This document shows positions 41,771-51,087 of a stretch of DNA of 64,000 bases, one piece after another (position 1 is the stretch's first letter; each line of letters opens with the position of its first letter). The stretch comes from Candidatus Borrarchaeum weybense. Lineage in GTDB: Archaea; Asgardarchaeota; Sifarchaeia; Borrarchaeales; Borrarchaeaceae. A program made the position numbers and the translations under genes. The DNA lies in the NCBI GenBank assembly GCA_019057385.1, contig JAHQJS010000006.1, positions 96,001 through 160,000 of the forward strand. The letters run 5' to 3'. The notes under the pieces are model-generated. The model was not told where the DNA came from. It did not search any database and saw nothing but the letters and a program-made list of their open reading frames with translations.

Positions 41771-43453
41771 TTATAGCACATTATAAACGTAAATACTGTA
41801 TTCTCCTTGAAAGATTCTAACCAGGCTAAATTCTTTAGGATTTTCTAAAATATAATTGACATATTTGTCTAAGTTTTCATACATTGGCATATTTCCTGGA
41901 TCTGAAATAAGTAAATGTGAAATGTTAAGTTGTGTAATTAAATCTCTAAATTCATCAACAGTCAGTTCTCCTCTTGTTGTCCATAATACGTCAAAATATC
42001 TCGTTTCATGTTCTCGATCATGTTTAAGTATATAGAAAGTCATCGCCGATGGTGATATAGTTGGATTTAATGTCAATTGCATAGTTTTTGCTTTGTTTTC
42101 TACTAAAAATATGGCAGCGTCTTCCATTACAGTCTCGGATGTAGGCATCTGAGGATTATAAAAATAGGGATAAGGATGCTGCAGTGTATTTACCAATCCA
42201 ACAAGGAATATTATTGCGATTACAACGATTGTTCCTACATTAACAGTACTAGGACGATATTTTTTTACACGATCATGTATCTTAATCAGAGCACGCGCAG
42301 ATAGTAGAAAAATGACAGGAAATGCTAGTAGAAAGTATCTTGCTTCTCTATCTTGAATAAATGAGAAGATTATGTATATGACAAAATACCATGAAAGTAA
42401 TAACTTATCCTTCTTTGTCCTTCTGTAAATTGCATAACACAAGCCAATGAGTACTCCTCCCAATTCTGGAATTGTAAGTCCAATTCTTATAATATAGAAA
42501 AGCCATCCTTGAACTGTTACTAGGAAGGTGTGGGGCTCATTTGTTCCATAAGCTAACCAAATCTTAATCGAACCCGAAAATATAATGATGCCTGCTTGGA
42601 AGCTAATTAAGAGAAGAGCGGGGATTATGCCATAGAAAATCCATAAATTACTTTTCAGGGTCTTAATCAGTTTTTGGCAACATTCTAAAAGTCCTCGATC
42701 CTTTATTATATGCGCATAGTTTAGTATAAATGCTAAACTTATTACAAGAAGAAGAAGGATACTTGTAGGCTTCGTCATAAAGGCTAGGCCTACAAGTAAA
42801 CCAGTAAGAAATGATTGCTTTTTTGGATCTTGTTTTTTCTTTAACTTTTTCTTGGTGAGAATTAGTGAATAAATTGAAAGAGTGAATATCGTCGTTGCAG
42901 GAATGTCCAGGAGTGCTGTTTTTGAAAATGCGAAAAACACCGATGAAAATGCTAGAAAAAGCGCTGCAAGCAAACCAATACGTCTATCGAATAACTCTGC
43001 CCCTAAGAAGAAAGTTGTTAAGATACAGATATTTCCCATGATAATAATAACAAGATATGCAGAAGAATAGGAAATTCCTAAAATGAAATAAGAAAGCATG
43101 AAGAGGAATGGCACAAAAAGCCCGTAGTGAGCAATCGATCCACCAAGCGAGGCATACCATTCTAAATTAAATTTAAGAATATAATCATACAAAGCAAAAG
43201 GAGAAAAATTATGATCCCTTATGATGACATCTCGAATCATATCATGCAGGATAATTCCATTGCTAGCATGAGCTGCGCCATCCCAACTCATTTCTAGAAT
43301 CTTAAGATTATAAAGAAGAATATTATAAAGACAAACTACTAATATGAGAGAAATTGTGTAATAATTAAGATGTTTTTTGAGTGTTTCTTGAGTGAAACGC
43401 CCTAATCGAATTAGAAATTTCGTAAATGCTGAATTATTATCTTTACTGAGCAC
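41771..43453 (-). CDS. GT-C-fold membrane glycosyltransferase (PMT_2/ArnT-like)
   Basis: SWDGAAH, GLLAALFLAFS, LLDIP, MTKP, ARYFL. Confidence 0.88.
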   Translation of the reverse strand: MLSKDNNSAFTKFLIRLGRFTQETLKKHLNYYTISLILVVCLYNILLYNLKILEMSWDGAAHASNGIILHDMIRDVIIRDHNFSPFALYDYILKFNLEWYASLGGSIAHYGLFVPFLFMLSYFILGISYSSAYLVIIIMGNICILTTFFLGAELFDRRIGLLAALFLAFSSVFFAFSKTALLDIPATTIFTLSIYSLILTKKKLKKKQDPKKQSFLTGLLVGLAFMTKPTSILLLLVISLAFILNYAHIIKDRGLLECCQKLIKTLKSNLWIFYGIIPALLLISFQAGIIIFSGSIKIWLAYGTNEPHTFLVTVQGWLFYIIRIGLTIPELGGVLIGLCYAIYRRTKKDKLLLSWYFVIYIIFSFIQDREARYFLLAFPVIFLLSARALIKIHDRVKKYRPSTVNVGTIVVIAIIFLVGLVNTLQHPYPYFYNPQMPTSETVMEDAAIFLVENKAKTMQLTLNPTISPSAMTFYILKHDREHETRYFDVLWTTRGELTVDEFRDLITQLNISHLLISDPGNMPMYENLDKYVNYILENPKEFSLVRIFQGEYSIYVYNVL

Positions 43454-43614
43454 TTTTTTACCTCATATGCGCTGGATGCAGATATAAGTTTTGCATTATT
43501 AACTAGAGGTCGTAGGAGATACAGAAAGATTGGTGATTTTCCCTGTAAATTAAATTATGCATTTTTTGAATAAACAATCCTTAAAACTATAATAAGGTTT
43601 CTTAGATGCTACAA

Positions 43615-44739
43615 TCAATTCTTAACACCATAAATCGTATAAAAGGGAGACAATCTAATGCCCTGCTTCTTTAATTTGGTAATAGAGAGATTCAAAAGAC
43701 TGTAAATTATTCTTCTTATGATGTCTTTAGATTCGGTATAATACCCATTTAGGACCTCTACCTTAATGCCTTCTTCTGCTAAAATTTCTTTTAATTTAAA
43801 CGGATCCATTAAATGTTCTGCCCAATTTCCGGTGTACGGGTCGCATGTATTTGTAGGATGGATTGGTTCTTTAGGTAGTCGACTTGTTTTAAGATATACA
43901 GATATGGTTTTTTCGATATCCTCTTTTATCATACCCCTAGTTGCTTTAGTCAGCCTTGCAATTTCCTCGTTGGTTAAACCTTCGAAATTAGAAATAATTT
44001 CTCTTCTAACTTTTGAATAAGCCTTTAGGCAATCCCTTTTCTTATGCCCTTTTATTTTAACTCTATCTGTATATTCTATTTCCCTTTGTTGTTTCATTAT
44101 TGATCTATTGATTATGGGATTTAACATATTTGCGCCTGAACTCATTACCACTGTTATTGATTTTCCAGGTAAAAACTTCATTTTTTGGAAAAATTTGGTT
44201 ATATCGTATATGTGTTCTATAACATCAGATGATGCTATAGCATTACAAGACATTGATTTTTTCCTTAGAAATTTGATTAAATCGTCAATTTCACCTTGAA
44301 TATAATAATCAATTTCATTTCCAATAATTTGGGCGATTGTTTTCGCATCTTTGCATGAAACATCATAAATATCGTTATAGATCACTGTACCAATATCACA
44401 TTCTTTAGCCAATAAACTTAATATTCCTGTTCCACCGCCATAGTCTATGAAGGTAAGTTTATTAAGAGACAAATTAGAAGTGCTTAAAGATAATGCTAAG
44501 ATATAAGAATATTTTTGCAATGTGCCATATAGGTCCTCTAAATAACTTTTTAGATATGTTCTATTATAATCCGAGATATCTAGTTCTTCAACTCTAAGAT
44601 TTTTAAGCCGTTTAAATAATCGCTCAGCAGCTGAATTTATAATTGACAAAGATTTGTGATCTTTTGGCAACTTCGCACAATTATACAAAAATTCCATAAA
44701 CATAACACCGGGTCTAGAAATGCAGATATCAGGGAACAT
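43615..44739 (-). CDS. SAM-dependent methyltransferase-like protein
   Basis: IDYGGGTG, YNDIY, DVIEHIYD, NTCDPYTGNWAE; true start may be a few codons downstream. Confidence 0.8.
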   Translation of the reverse strand: MFPDICISRPGVMFMEFLYNCAKLPKDHKSLSIINSAAERLFKRLKNLRVEELDISDYNRTYLKSYLEDLYGTLQKYSYILALSLSTSNLSLNKLTFIDYGGGTGILSLLAKECDIGTVIYNDIYDVSCKDAKTIAQIIGNEIDYYIQGEIDDLIKFLRKKSMSCNAIASSDVIEHIYDITKFFQKMKFLPGKSITVVMSSGANMLNPIINRSIMKQQREIEYTDRVKIKGHKKRDCLKAYSKVRREIISNFEGLTNEEIARLTKATRGMIKEDIEKTISVYLKTSRLPKEPIHPTNTCDPYTGNWAEHLMDPFKLKEILAEEGIKVEVLNGYYTESKDIIRRIIYSLLNLSITKLKKQGIRLSPFYTIYGVKN

Positions 44740-44804
44740 TTTTCGAAAATATAAGATTTTTGAAGCACTAAAAATTTGTGTAAATACTTATTGAACATTA
44801 AACC

Positions 44805-46697
44805 TTAAAGAACATACAGAAAGATTCCTTGTTCTTCAGCATAAATTAAATTTGCTTCGTAGGGCACTTGAGACGTGTTTGAGAGTATCAATACGTCATA
44901 TCCTCTCAATTTTAATTCGTTGATTCTCTCTAATGAAGGATATCCAGGTAATGCAGTTCTGTCTGAATAAAACATTATTTTATAACTATCTATTTCATCT
45001 AATCCGTAAATTACAGTCTTTGGATCTGTGTTTTCTCTTATAAAATACCCCACTTCACGATATTGAAAGCGTTGATTAAACAAACATGCCCAACCTTGAG
45101 TAGTCCATCCAAGTAATGTAATGAGTGTGCCACTGATAAATAATAGTGAAATAAATAGTACAATAGATATTTTAACTCGCGGAAAAAATATGCGAGATTT
45201 TTTCATCTGCTTATTATAGAAAATATAGAGAAATGGAATTAGAACGGCTATTGAAATAAAGAAACTGCTCCCAAAGAATGAAAAATCCTGATTGAATTCA
45301 ATGAGCCGACTTACTATTAAAAAATACTGTTTTCCTAAGACATTTTTACTAAAAATCCAAAATGGTCCGAATAAACATGCGCCGATTAAATAAACAAAAA
45401 ACAGTATAAGTTTGATCACAAAAGTCTTTTCCTGTTTTATCCTAATAATATAAGGATATTTTGTGGAATCAATTAGTAGAAATGAAAACAGAAGAACTGA
45501 AAAAGGAATCATTATGTATTCGAAAATCAAAAAGCGCTCTTGAATCTCATTAATCACCCAAATAAAGGTAAATGCTACTAAAAAGAGATGGAACAATGAA
45601 AAACCCTTTTGCCTTATAAGATCAGTTTGATCGCTTAAAAAGTTAGAGATTATTATGTAGAAATATGGATAGATCGGAAAAAGAAAATGGGGAAATTTTG
45701 ATTTAGCGAGAGAAAAAATAATAATGCTTGGGAGAATTAAAGACAACAAATATAGATCTGACATTGAAAATGAGTGTTTAATTCGTTTAAAATGAGTAAT
45801 GAATCCTAAGATAAACAAGATGAATAAAGGCCCTAACAAATTTTCGTTTAATATCTCCAAATGATAATACCAAGGTCCTGATGGCGCTAAACTTACAGTT
45901 AAGTGCGTGAACAACTCTGTTGGGTACACCCGCCCATATTGAAGAAATGAATTTATCTCCCACGGAATTATTATCAGAGAAGAGACTATTATGACATACA
46001 GTAAAAGTGTATATGATTCTCTTCCCACCTTATTTTTTAACTTTTTGTAGAATAAACTTATGACTAACGCGAGGATGGGTATAAAACCAACAAATGACAA
46101 CGATAAATAACTAATTCCGCTAAAAAGTCCCGCAAATATATAGAAAATATTCTTTCTCTCTTGATAACTAATAATAATACATAATACAGTAAGTTCAAGC
46201 CAAAAACTAAAGATAGCAAAAATTCCACCTGGTATCCAGGTACCGCGATCAAATAATACGGTTATGGGACAAATTGCTTGAATAAATGCAGCCAAATATC
46301 CTGTTCTTTCCCCGAATAATCTTCTAGAAATCAAGAAGGTGATAAAAAGGGAACAAGTACCTAATAGAACAGCTGTAATTCTGTATCCAAACTCATTTGG
46401 ACCAAAAATAAACATGAATAGTGCTATCAACCAAAAACTAAATGGCGGCTTATTGAGCCAAACATGAGCTTTAGGCCAATCTCTCCAACCACCGTTTTTA
46501 ACTGGTGCTAAATAGGGGTCATCGAACAAAGTCAATCTACTAAAATGTTTCATAGCATTATTAGCAACTATAGCATGCTCTACCTCATCACCTACTTTCA
46601 TTAATGGATACCCTACATTATAAACCCGTAAGAGAAACCCTAATGCTACTATCAGTATGAGCAATATGAAGGATGTATATTTATTGTATTTTTGCAT
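44805..46697 (-). CDS. ArnT/PMT-family GT-C glycosyltransferase
   Basis: GFLLRVYN, GDEVEH, NKPPFSFWL, GPNEFGYR, IIPW, PWYY, SKFPHFLFPIYP. Confidence 0.9.
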   Translation of the reverse strand: MQKYNKYTSFILLILIVALGFLLRVYNVGYPLMKVGDEVEHAIVANNAMKHFSRLTLFDDPYLAPVKNGGWRDWPKAHVWLNKPPFSFWLIALFMFIFGPNEFGYRITAVLLGTCSLFITFLISRRLFGERTGYLAAFIQAICPITVLFDRGTWIPGGIFAIFSFWLELTVLCIIISYQERKNIFYIFAGLFSGISYLSLSFVGFIPILALVISLFYKKLKNKVGRESYTLLLYVIIVSSLIIIPWEINSFLQYGRVYPTELFTHLTVSLAPSGPWYYHLEILNENLLGPLFILFILGFITHFKRIKHSFSMSDLYLLSLILPSIIIFSLAKSKFPHFLFPIYPYFYIIISNFLSDQTDLIRQKGFSLFHLFLVAFTFIWVINEIQERFLIFEYIMIPFSVLLFSFLLIDSTKYPYIIRIKQEKTFVIKLILFFVYLIGACLFGPFWIFSKNVLGKQYFLIVSRLIEFNQDFSFFGSSFFISIAVLIPFLYIFYNKQMKKSRIFFPRVKISIVLFISLLFISGTLITLLGWTTQGWACLFNQRFQYREVGYFIRENTDPKTVIYGLDEIDSYKIMFYSDRTALPGYPSLERINELKLRGYDVLILSNTSQVPYEANLIYAEEQGIFLYVL

Positions 46698-47226
46698 CTA
46701 ACATCGCCATATATTCTTAGAATGAGTGCCCGAGATTCTTAATTTTTAATAATAGACTCGTAAATCTTCGAAGGTAGCAAATACAACATCAATATTTTAA
46801 TTTGTTGGTAATAAATTCGTTAAATTTCATTGAAGATCTCTTAGGTGTCGAAGAATTTAATTGCTTTTTGTCTGGACGAAAATATAAAATTTCATTAGTT
46901 TATGAAATTGAGGATACGTCAAGTAAATGAGATGGCTATTGAAAGCGTGTTTAGAATCTCCATATAGACTAGTAACGAATTGATTTTAATCTACTTTACT
47001 CGTAAAAACCATTGACGCCCTCATCAAAAGAATTCTGTTTTATTTTTTGTTAATAACTACAACAATCTTTATGATCTCTGTTTCTCCTAAGAAGCATTAA
47101 TATAGATCAATTGATTAACCTTGAGAATAAATTCCCTTATAAGTTAAATACAGTCTTCAAACAATGCTAAAAAGCGTGAACATGATATTTTAAGAGAATT
47201 TAGAGCCCTTATGAAAGGCGGGGTTT

Positions 47227-48525
47227 ATGAGAAAAAATGAACTCTATATGATATTCTTCATAATTTTCGTGAATTTCGTGTATTTTGTTATTGTGTTTTC
47301 AACGTTTTCAATAGCGGAAAGCAAATGGTACATGTTTACATGGCTTGCTGAATGGCTTGATTATAAGATAATTTTAATGAGATCATCTAAAATAGAACGG
47401 TTCCAATATCTGTTTGAATTTCCTGTTTTAGGAGTAGCATATCTAATTGGGGTAGGACAAGCGGCAGTTACCACTAGATCTCTAATGGCGTCACGTATAC
47501 CTTTTTTACTTCCATTTCATTATCATGTGATATATATGGGACTGCTTAACGTGTTATTTGAAATTATTACTGTTATTTTGACAATGCGACTGGTTTCACG
47601 TTATTTTGAAAGGATCTATGCTTCAAATATAATGTTTATTTTCATTCTATTACCTGTAGTTTGGTGGATAACTATAAGTCGATGGGAATTGCTTCCTATG
47701 GCCTTTATTGTTTCCACTTTATATTTCGCCGTTGAAAATAGGCCTTGGTATGCTTGGATATCGATCACCATAGCCATTTTGACGAAATTCTATCCAATAT
47801 TATTCACAATTCCGTTGATATGGTATTATTTCGAACGCGATGGTTTCAAAAAAACGGTAATATATGTGGGGAGCATACTTGCCTTAACAGTGTTAATTCA
47901 CATTCCATTTTATTTAATCTTTGGGACGAAAATTCTTTCCGGGATTTTCTTTCAAGCAACTAGAATATCTGTACCATACTCGATTTGGTATTGGATCTTC
48001 TTGATATCTAGAGGAAATGAGTTAGTATCTGTCATTTCAGTTTGGATTCAGGTAGGGAGTATATTCATCTATGTTCTAGCAGATTATTTTTACGAAATAA
48101 AAAAAGAGAACCCGCTCAGTACGGATAGGGCTTTAATAAAAAGATTTTCAATTGTTAGTTTAATTTTTTTGTTGACTTTCAAGATGGCGGGATATCAATA
48201 CGTCGTATATGCATTCCCATTTGTATTAATTTTCATGAATTGTTTTAAAAAATTCACCTATTTTGCTTTCTGGATTATTGCATATCATATAACCACTTAT
48301 CTAACGATCATTATCTACGGGTTGGCTTTCTTATCAAAAAGGTTAGAAGTGACAGCTACTATATTTTTTTCCATGTCAATAACCTATGTTGTTCTTTATA
48401 TGGTCGCGATTGCCTTAATCCATTTCAACAAAAATCTATACGAAAATAGGATTTCAATTTTGAACGATAAGGAATTCATATTACAGCTGTATCATTTTGT
48501 GAAGAAAGAGAAATCCCATAAATGA
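47227..48525 (+). CDS. GT87/DUF2029 (PimE/PIG-M-related) GT-C glycosyltransferase
   Basis: EFPVLG (EYPP-like), SRWELLP (RFD-like), TKFYP (KxYP), SIW, YQYVVYAFP. Confidence 0.78.
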   Translation: MRKNELYMIFFIIFVNFVYFVIVFSTFSIAESKWYMFTWLAEWLDYKIILMRSSKIERFQYLFEFPVLGVAYLIGVGQAAVTTRSLMASRIPFLLPFHYHVIYMGLLNVLFEIITVILTMRLVSRYFERIYASNIMFIFILLPVVWWITISRWELLPMAFIVSTLYFAVENRPWYAWISITIAILTKFYPILFTIPLIWYYFERDGFKKTVIYVGSILALTVLIHIPFYLIFGTKILSGIFFQATRISVPYSIWYWIFLISRGNELVSVISVWIQVGSIFIYVLADYFYEIKKENPLSTDRALIKRFSIVSLIFLLTFKMAGYQYVVYAFPFVLIFMNCFKKFTYFAFWIIAYHITTYLTIIIYGLAFLSKRLEVTATIFFSMSITYVVLYMVAIALIHFNKNLYENRISILNDKEFILQLYHFVKKEKSHK

Positions 48526-48633
48526 GAAAAAGAAGGAATCAAGAAATTTTATTTTATGACTATGTTTGATATCTGATAGGATCTGTAAAAATGACCAAAG
48601 TCCACTTGCGACAGATGTGCTTTATAGAAAAAT

Positions 48634-49344
48634 CTAGATAGAAATTCTATGAAAAATTTCCTTAATGAGCGGCCTTAAAATATGCCACCAACTTAAGATA
48701 GGTTTCATTTTGGAGTAGCCTAATTCCTTAAAATACATCTTGGTAACTGGGACTTCTGTGATTTTATAGCCCTTTTTGATTGTCTGTAGAAGTAAATAAG
48801 GTTCTAGTTCATATCTATCCAACCAGTGCTGATGAAGATTAATTTTTTGATCTTTTACTATTTTAGTACGGAATGCTCTGTATCCATTAGAGGCATCCGT
48901 TATTTTAACTCCTGCAACTATCTTAAAAAAAAGACTGAATAGATATGTAGTAATCTTCCGGAAAATGGGAAAATTTACTACTGCCCCATAAAACCTAGAT
49001 CCTTGTACAAAATCATATGTATCATTTAGTATAGGCGAAATCACACGATTTATTTCATGTGGGTCGTCTTGTGCATCTCCACCCATTACAACACAAATGT
49101 CGAAGTTATTTTGTACCGCATAGTCGATACCTGTCCTGATAGCAGCGCCTACTCCCTTATTTTTAGGATGAGATATGACTGTTGCACCACTTTTTTCAGC
49201 TACAATCGCTGTCTTGTCGCTACTACCATCATCTATTACTATTACTTCGTCTACAAGTCCTTCTGCGTATTTTAGAATGCCACTAACTACTATACCTATT
49301 TTTTTTTCTTCATCCATAGCAGGAATAATTACAATTGTACTCAT
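48634..49344 (-). CDS. GT2 dolichol-phosphate glycosyltransferase (DPM1/ArnC-like)
   Basis: IPAMDE, DDGSSD, NKGVGAAIRTG, GDAQDD, QGSRF, TDASNGYRA. Confidence 0.9.
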   Translation of the reverse strand: MSTIVIIPAMDEEKKIGIVVSGILKYAEGLVDEVIVIDDGSSDKTAIVAEKSGATVISHPKNKGVGAAIRTGIDYAVQNNFDICVVMGGDAQDDPHEINRVISPILNDTYDFVQGSRFYGAVVNFPIFRKITTYLFSLFFKIVAGVKITDASNGYRAFRTKIVKDQKINLHQHWLDRYELEPYLLLQTIKKGYKITEVPVTKMYFKELGYSKMKPILSWWHILRPLIKEIFHRISI

Positions 49345-49371
49345 TGGTATCAGTCATGTTAGTGGTGGATA

Positions 49372-50457
49372 TTAGCGGTAAAATTCTCTGATTTTCTCTG
49401 CAACAAACTGTACATCTTCTTGTGTAAGTGCAGGATGAACTGGGAGCGATATTATCTTATTAGCAATTTTTTCGCTTATAGGATACATTCCTGAAGTAAA
49501 ATGCAATCGATCAATATATGATGGCTGGAGATGAATCGGGATAGGATAATGTATGCCCACACCAATTTCATTCTTGGTCAAGAATTTTACTAATTCATCT
49601 CGTTTTTCGCATTGAATTACATATAAATGGTAAACGTGATATGCCCATTCCTTTTCGATCGGTTTAATAACACTTTCTTCTAAGAGCTCATTGTATAAGG
49701 CTGCATTTGCCCTTCTTTTCTTATTCCAGTTATCTAACTCTTTGAGTTGTTCTCTTCCAATTGCTGCTGAGATTTCACTAAGACGGGCAGTAAATCCAAT
49801 GAGATCATGTCTATTTTTCACCCTCTGACCGTGACTTCGTAACATCTGGATTTTCTCAGTAAATTCCTCGTTGTCTGTCACGACCATTCCACCATCTCCA
49901 CAAACCGTCATATTTTTAGAAGGATAAAAACTAAAGCATGCAAGATCACCAAGCGAGCCTGTAGGTTTTCCTTTGTATTTTCCACCGTGAGCCTGACAGG
50001 CATCTTCAATTACGGGAATATCATACTGTGTGGCTAACTCAACGATCGGATCCATATCCGCTGGGTGTCCATAGAGATGTACGGGAATTATAGCGCGTGT
50101 TTTATTCGAGATTTTTTCTTCTAATTTATCTACATCCATAGTATATGTAATAGGATCGATATCCACAAATACAGGGGTAGCATTAGTATGTATAATTGAG
50201 TTTGATGTCGCTATAAAGGTATTTGGTACGGTTATAACTTCATCACCCGCAGTGATTCCTGCAGTTAATAGAGCTAAGTATAAAGCTTCAGTACCTGAAC
50301 TTACACCAATCCCATACTTTGCTCCACAATAAGCTGCGAATTCCTCTTCGAATTTGTGAACATTCTCGCCTAAGATAAATGAGGTGGTCGATAATACGTT
50401 TAATACAGCCTCTTTTTGCTTTTCAGTCACGATAGGCTTTCCGAAAGGTATCATCAT
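49372..50457 (-). CDS. DegT/DnrJ/EryC1/StrS PLP sugar aminotransferase (WbpE-like)
   Basis: SSGTEAL, PVHLYG, EDACQAHG, SFYPSKN, GDGG, HYPIP. Confidence 0.95.
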   Translation of the reverse strand: MMIPFGKPIVTEKQKEAVLNVLSTTSFILGENVHKFEEEFAAYCGAKYGIGVSSGTEALYLALLTAGITAGDEVITVPNTFIATSNSIIHTNATPVFVDIDPITYTMDVDKLEEKISNKTRAIIPVHLYGHPADMDPIVELATQYDIPVIEDACQAHGGKYKGKPTGSLGDLACFSFYPSKNMTVCGDGGMVVTDNEEFTEKIQMLRSHGQRVKNRHDLIGFTARLSEISAAIGREQLKELDNWNKKRRANAALYNELLEESVIKPIEKEWAYHVYHLYVIQCEKRDELVKFLTKNEIGVGIHYPIPIHLQPSYIDRLHFTSGMYPISEKIANKIISLPVHPALTQEDVQFVAEKIREFYR

Positions 50458-51086
50458 TACATCTCCTGATAGGGTTTCTCAATAATACCGGATTTGCATT
50501 CAATTTCAGTAATCTTTTTTATGAACTTTGCTGGATGTCCCATAACAACTGAATTTGGAGGAACATCTTTTGTGACCAATGATCCTGCGCCGACCAATGA
50601 ATTTTCTCCAATGGTCAATTTTGGCAGTATTGTAGAATGTGCACCAATCCTGGCATATCTCTTGATGATTGGACCCTTCATACATTTTGCACAGGGCGGA
50701 TGGGGGTCATTAGTTAACACTACATTCGGTCCAATCCAAGCGTTATTTTCTATTACGGTATACTGTGGGATGAAGACATTAGAGTGAATTCTCACATTAT
50801 TTCCAATATTATTATCGTTCTCAAGGACACTATTCGTTCCAATAGAGCAATCATTACCTATTATATTCCCTTCTCTTATCATTATTCCGTGTCCTGTTTC
50901 TAGCCCACTGCCAATTTCTGTGCCGGCATAAATAATTGAATGTGAACGTATATGTGAATGATCTCCAATCGTAGTTGCTAATTCACCTGGTTTTTTCCCA
51001 CGTGGCGGTGCGCCAATTATGACGAAATCTTCAATCACTACATCTGTTCCGAGTTGAACATTTGGATAAATCTTAAGAAACTCCAC
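50457..51086 (-). CDS. Hexapeptide-repeat sugar N-acetyltransferase (WbpD-like)
   Basis: Left-handed beta-helix repeats, IGPNVVLTND, VGAGSLVTKDVP, GHPA. Confidence 0.92.
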   Translation of the reverse strand: MEFLKIYPNVQLGTDVVIEDFVIIGAPPRGKKPGELATTIGDHSHIRSHSIIYAGTEIGSGLETGHGIMIREGNIIGNDCSIGTNSVLENDNNIGNNVRIHSNVFIPQYTVIENNAWIGPNVVLTNDPHPPCAKCMKGPIIKRYARIGAHSTILPKLTIGENSLVGAGSLVTKDVPPNSVVMGHPAKFIKKITEIECKSGIIEKPYQEM

Positions 51087-51087
51087 T

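Noticed and set aside
47205-47226. GCCCTTATGAAAGGCGGGGTTT as a further IS605 end
   Set aside because: The hairpin is too degenerate, and the G-run is adequately explained as the SD of ORF 47227
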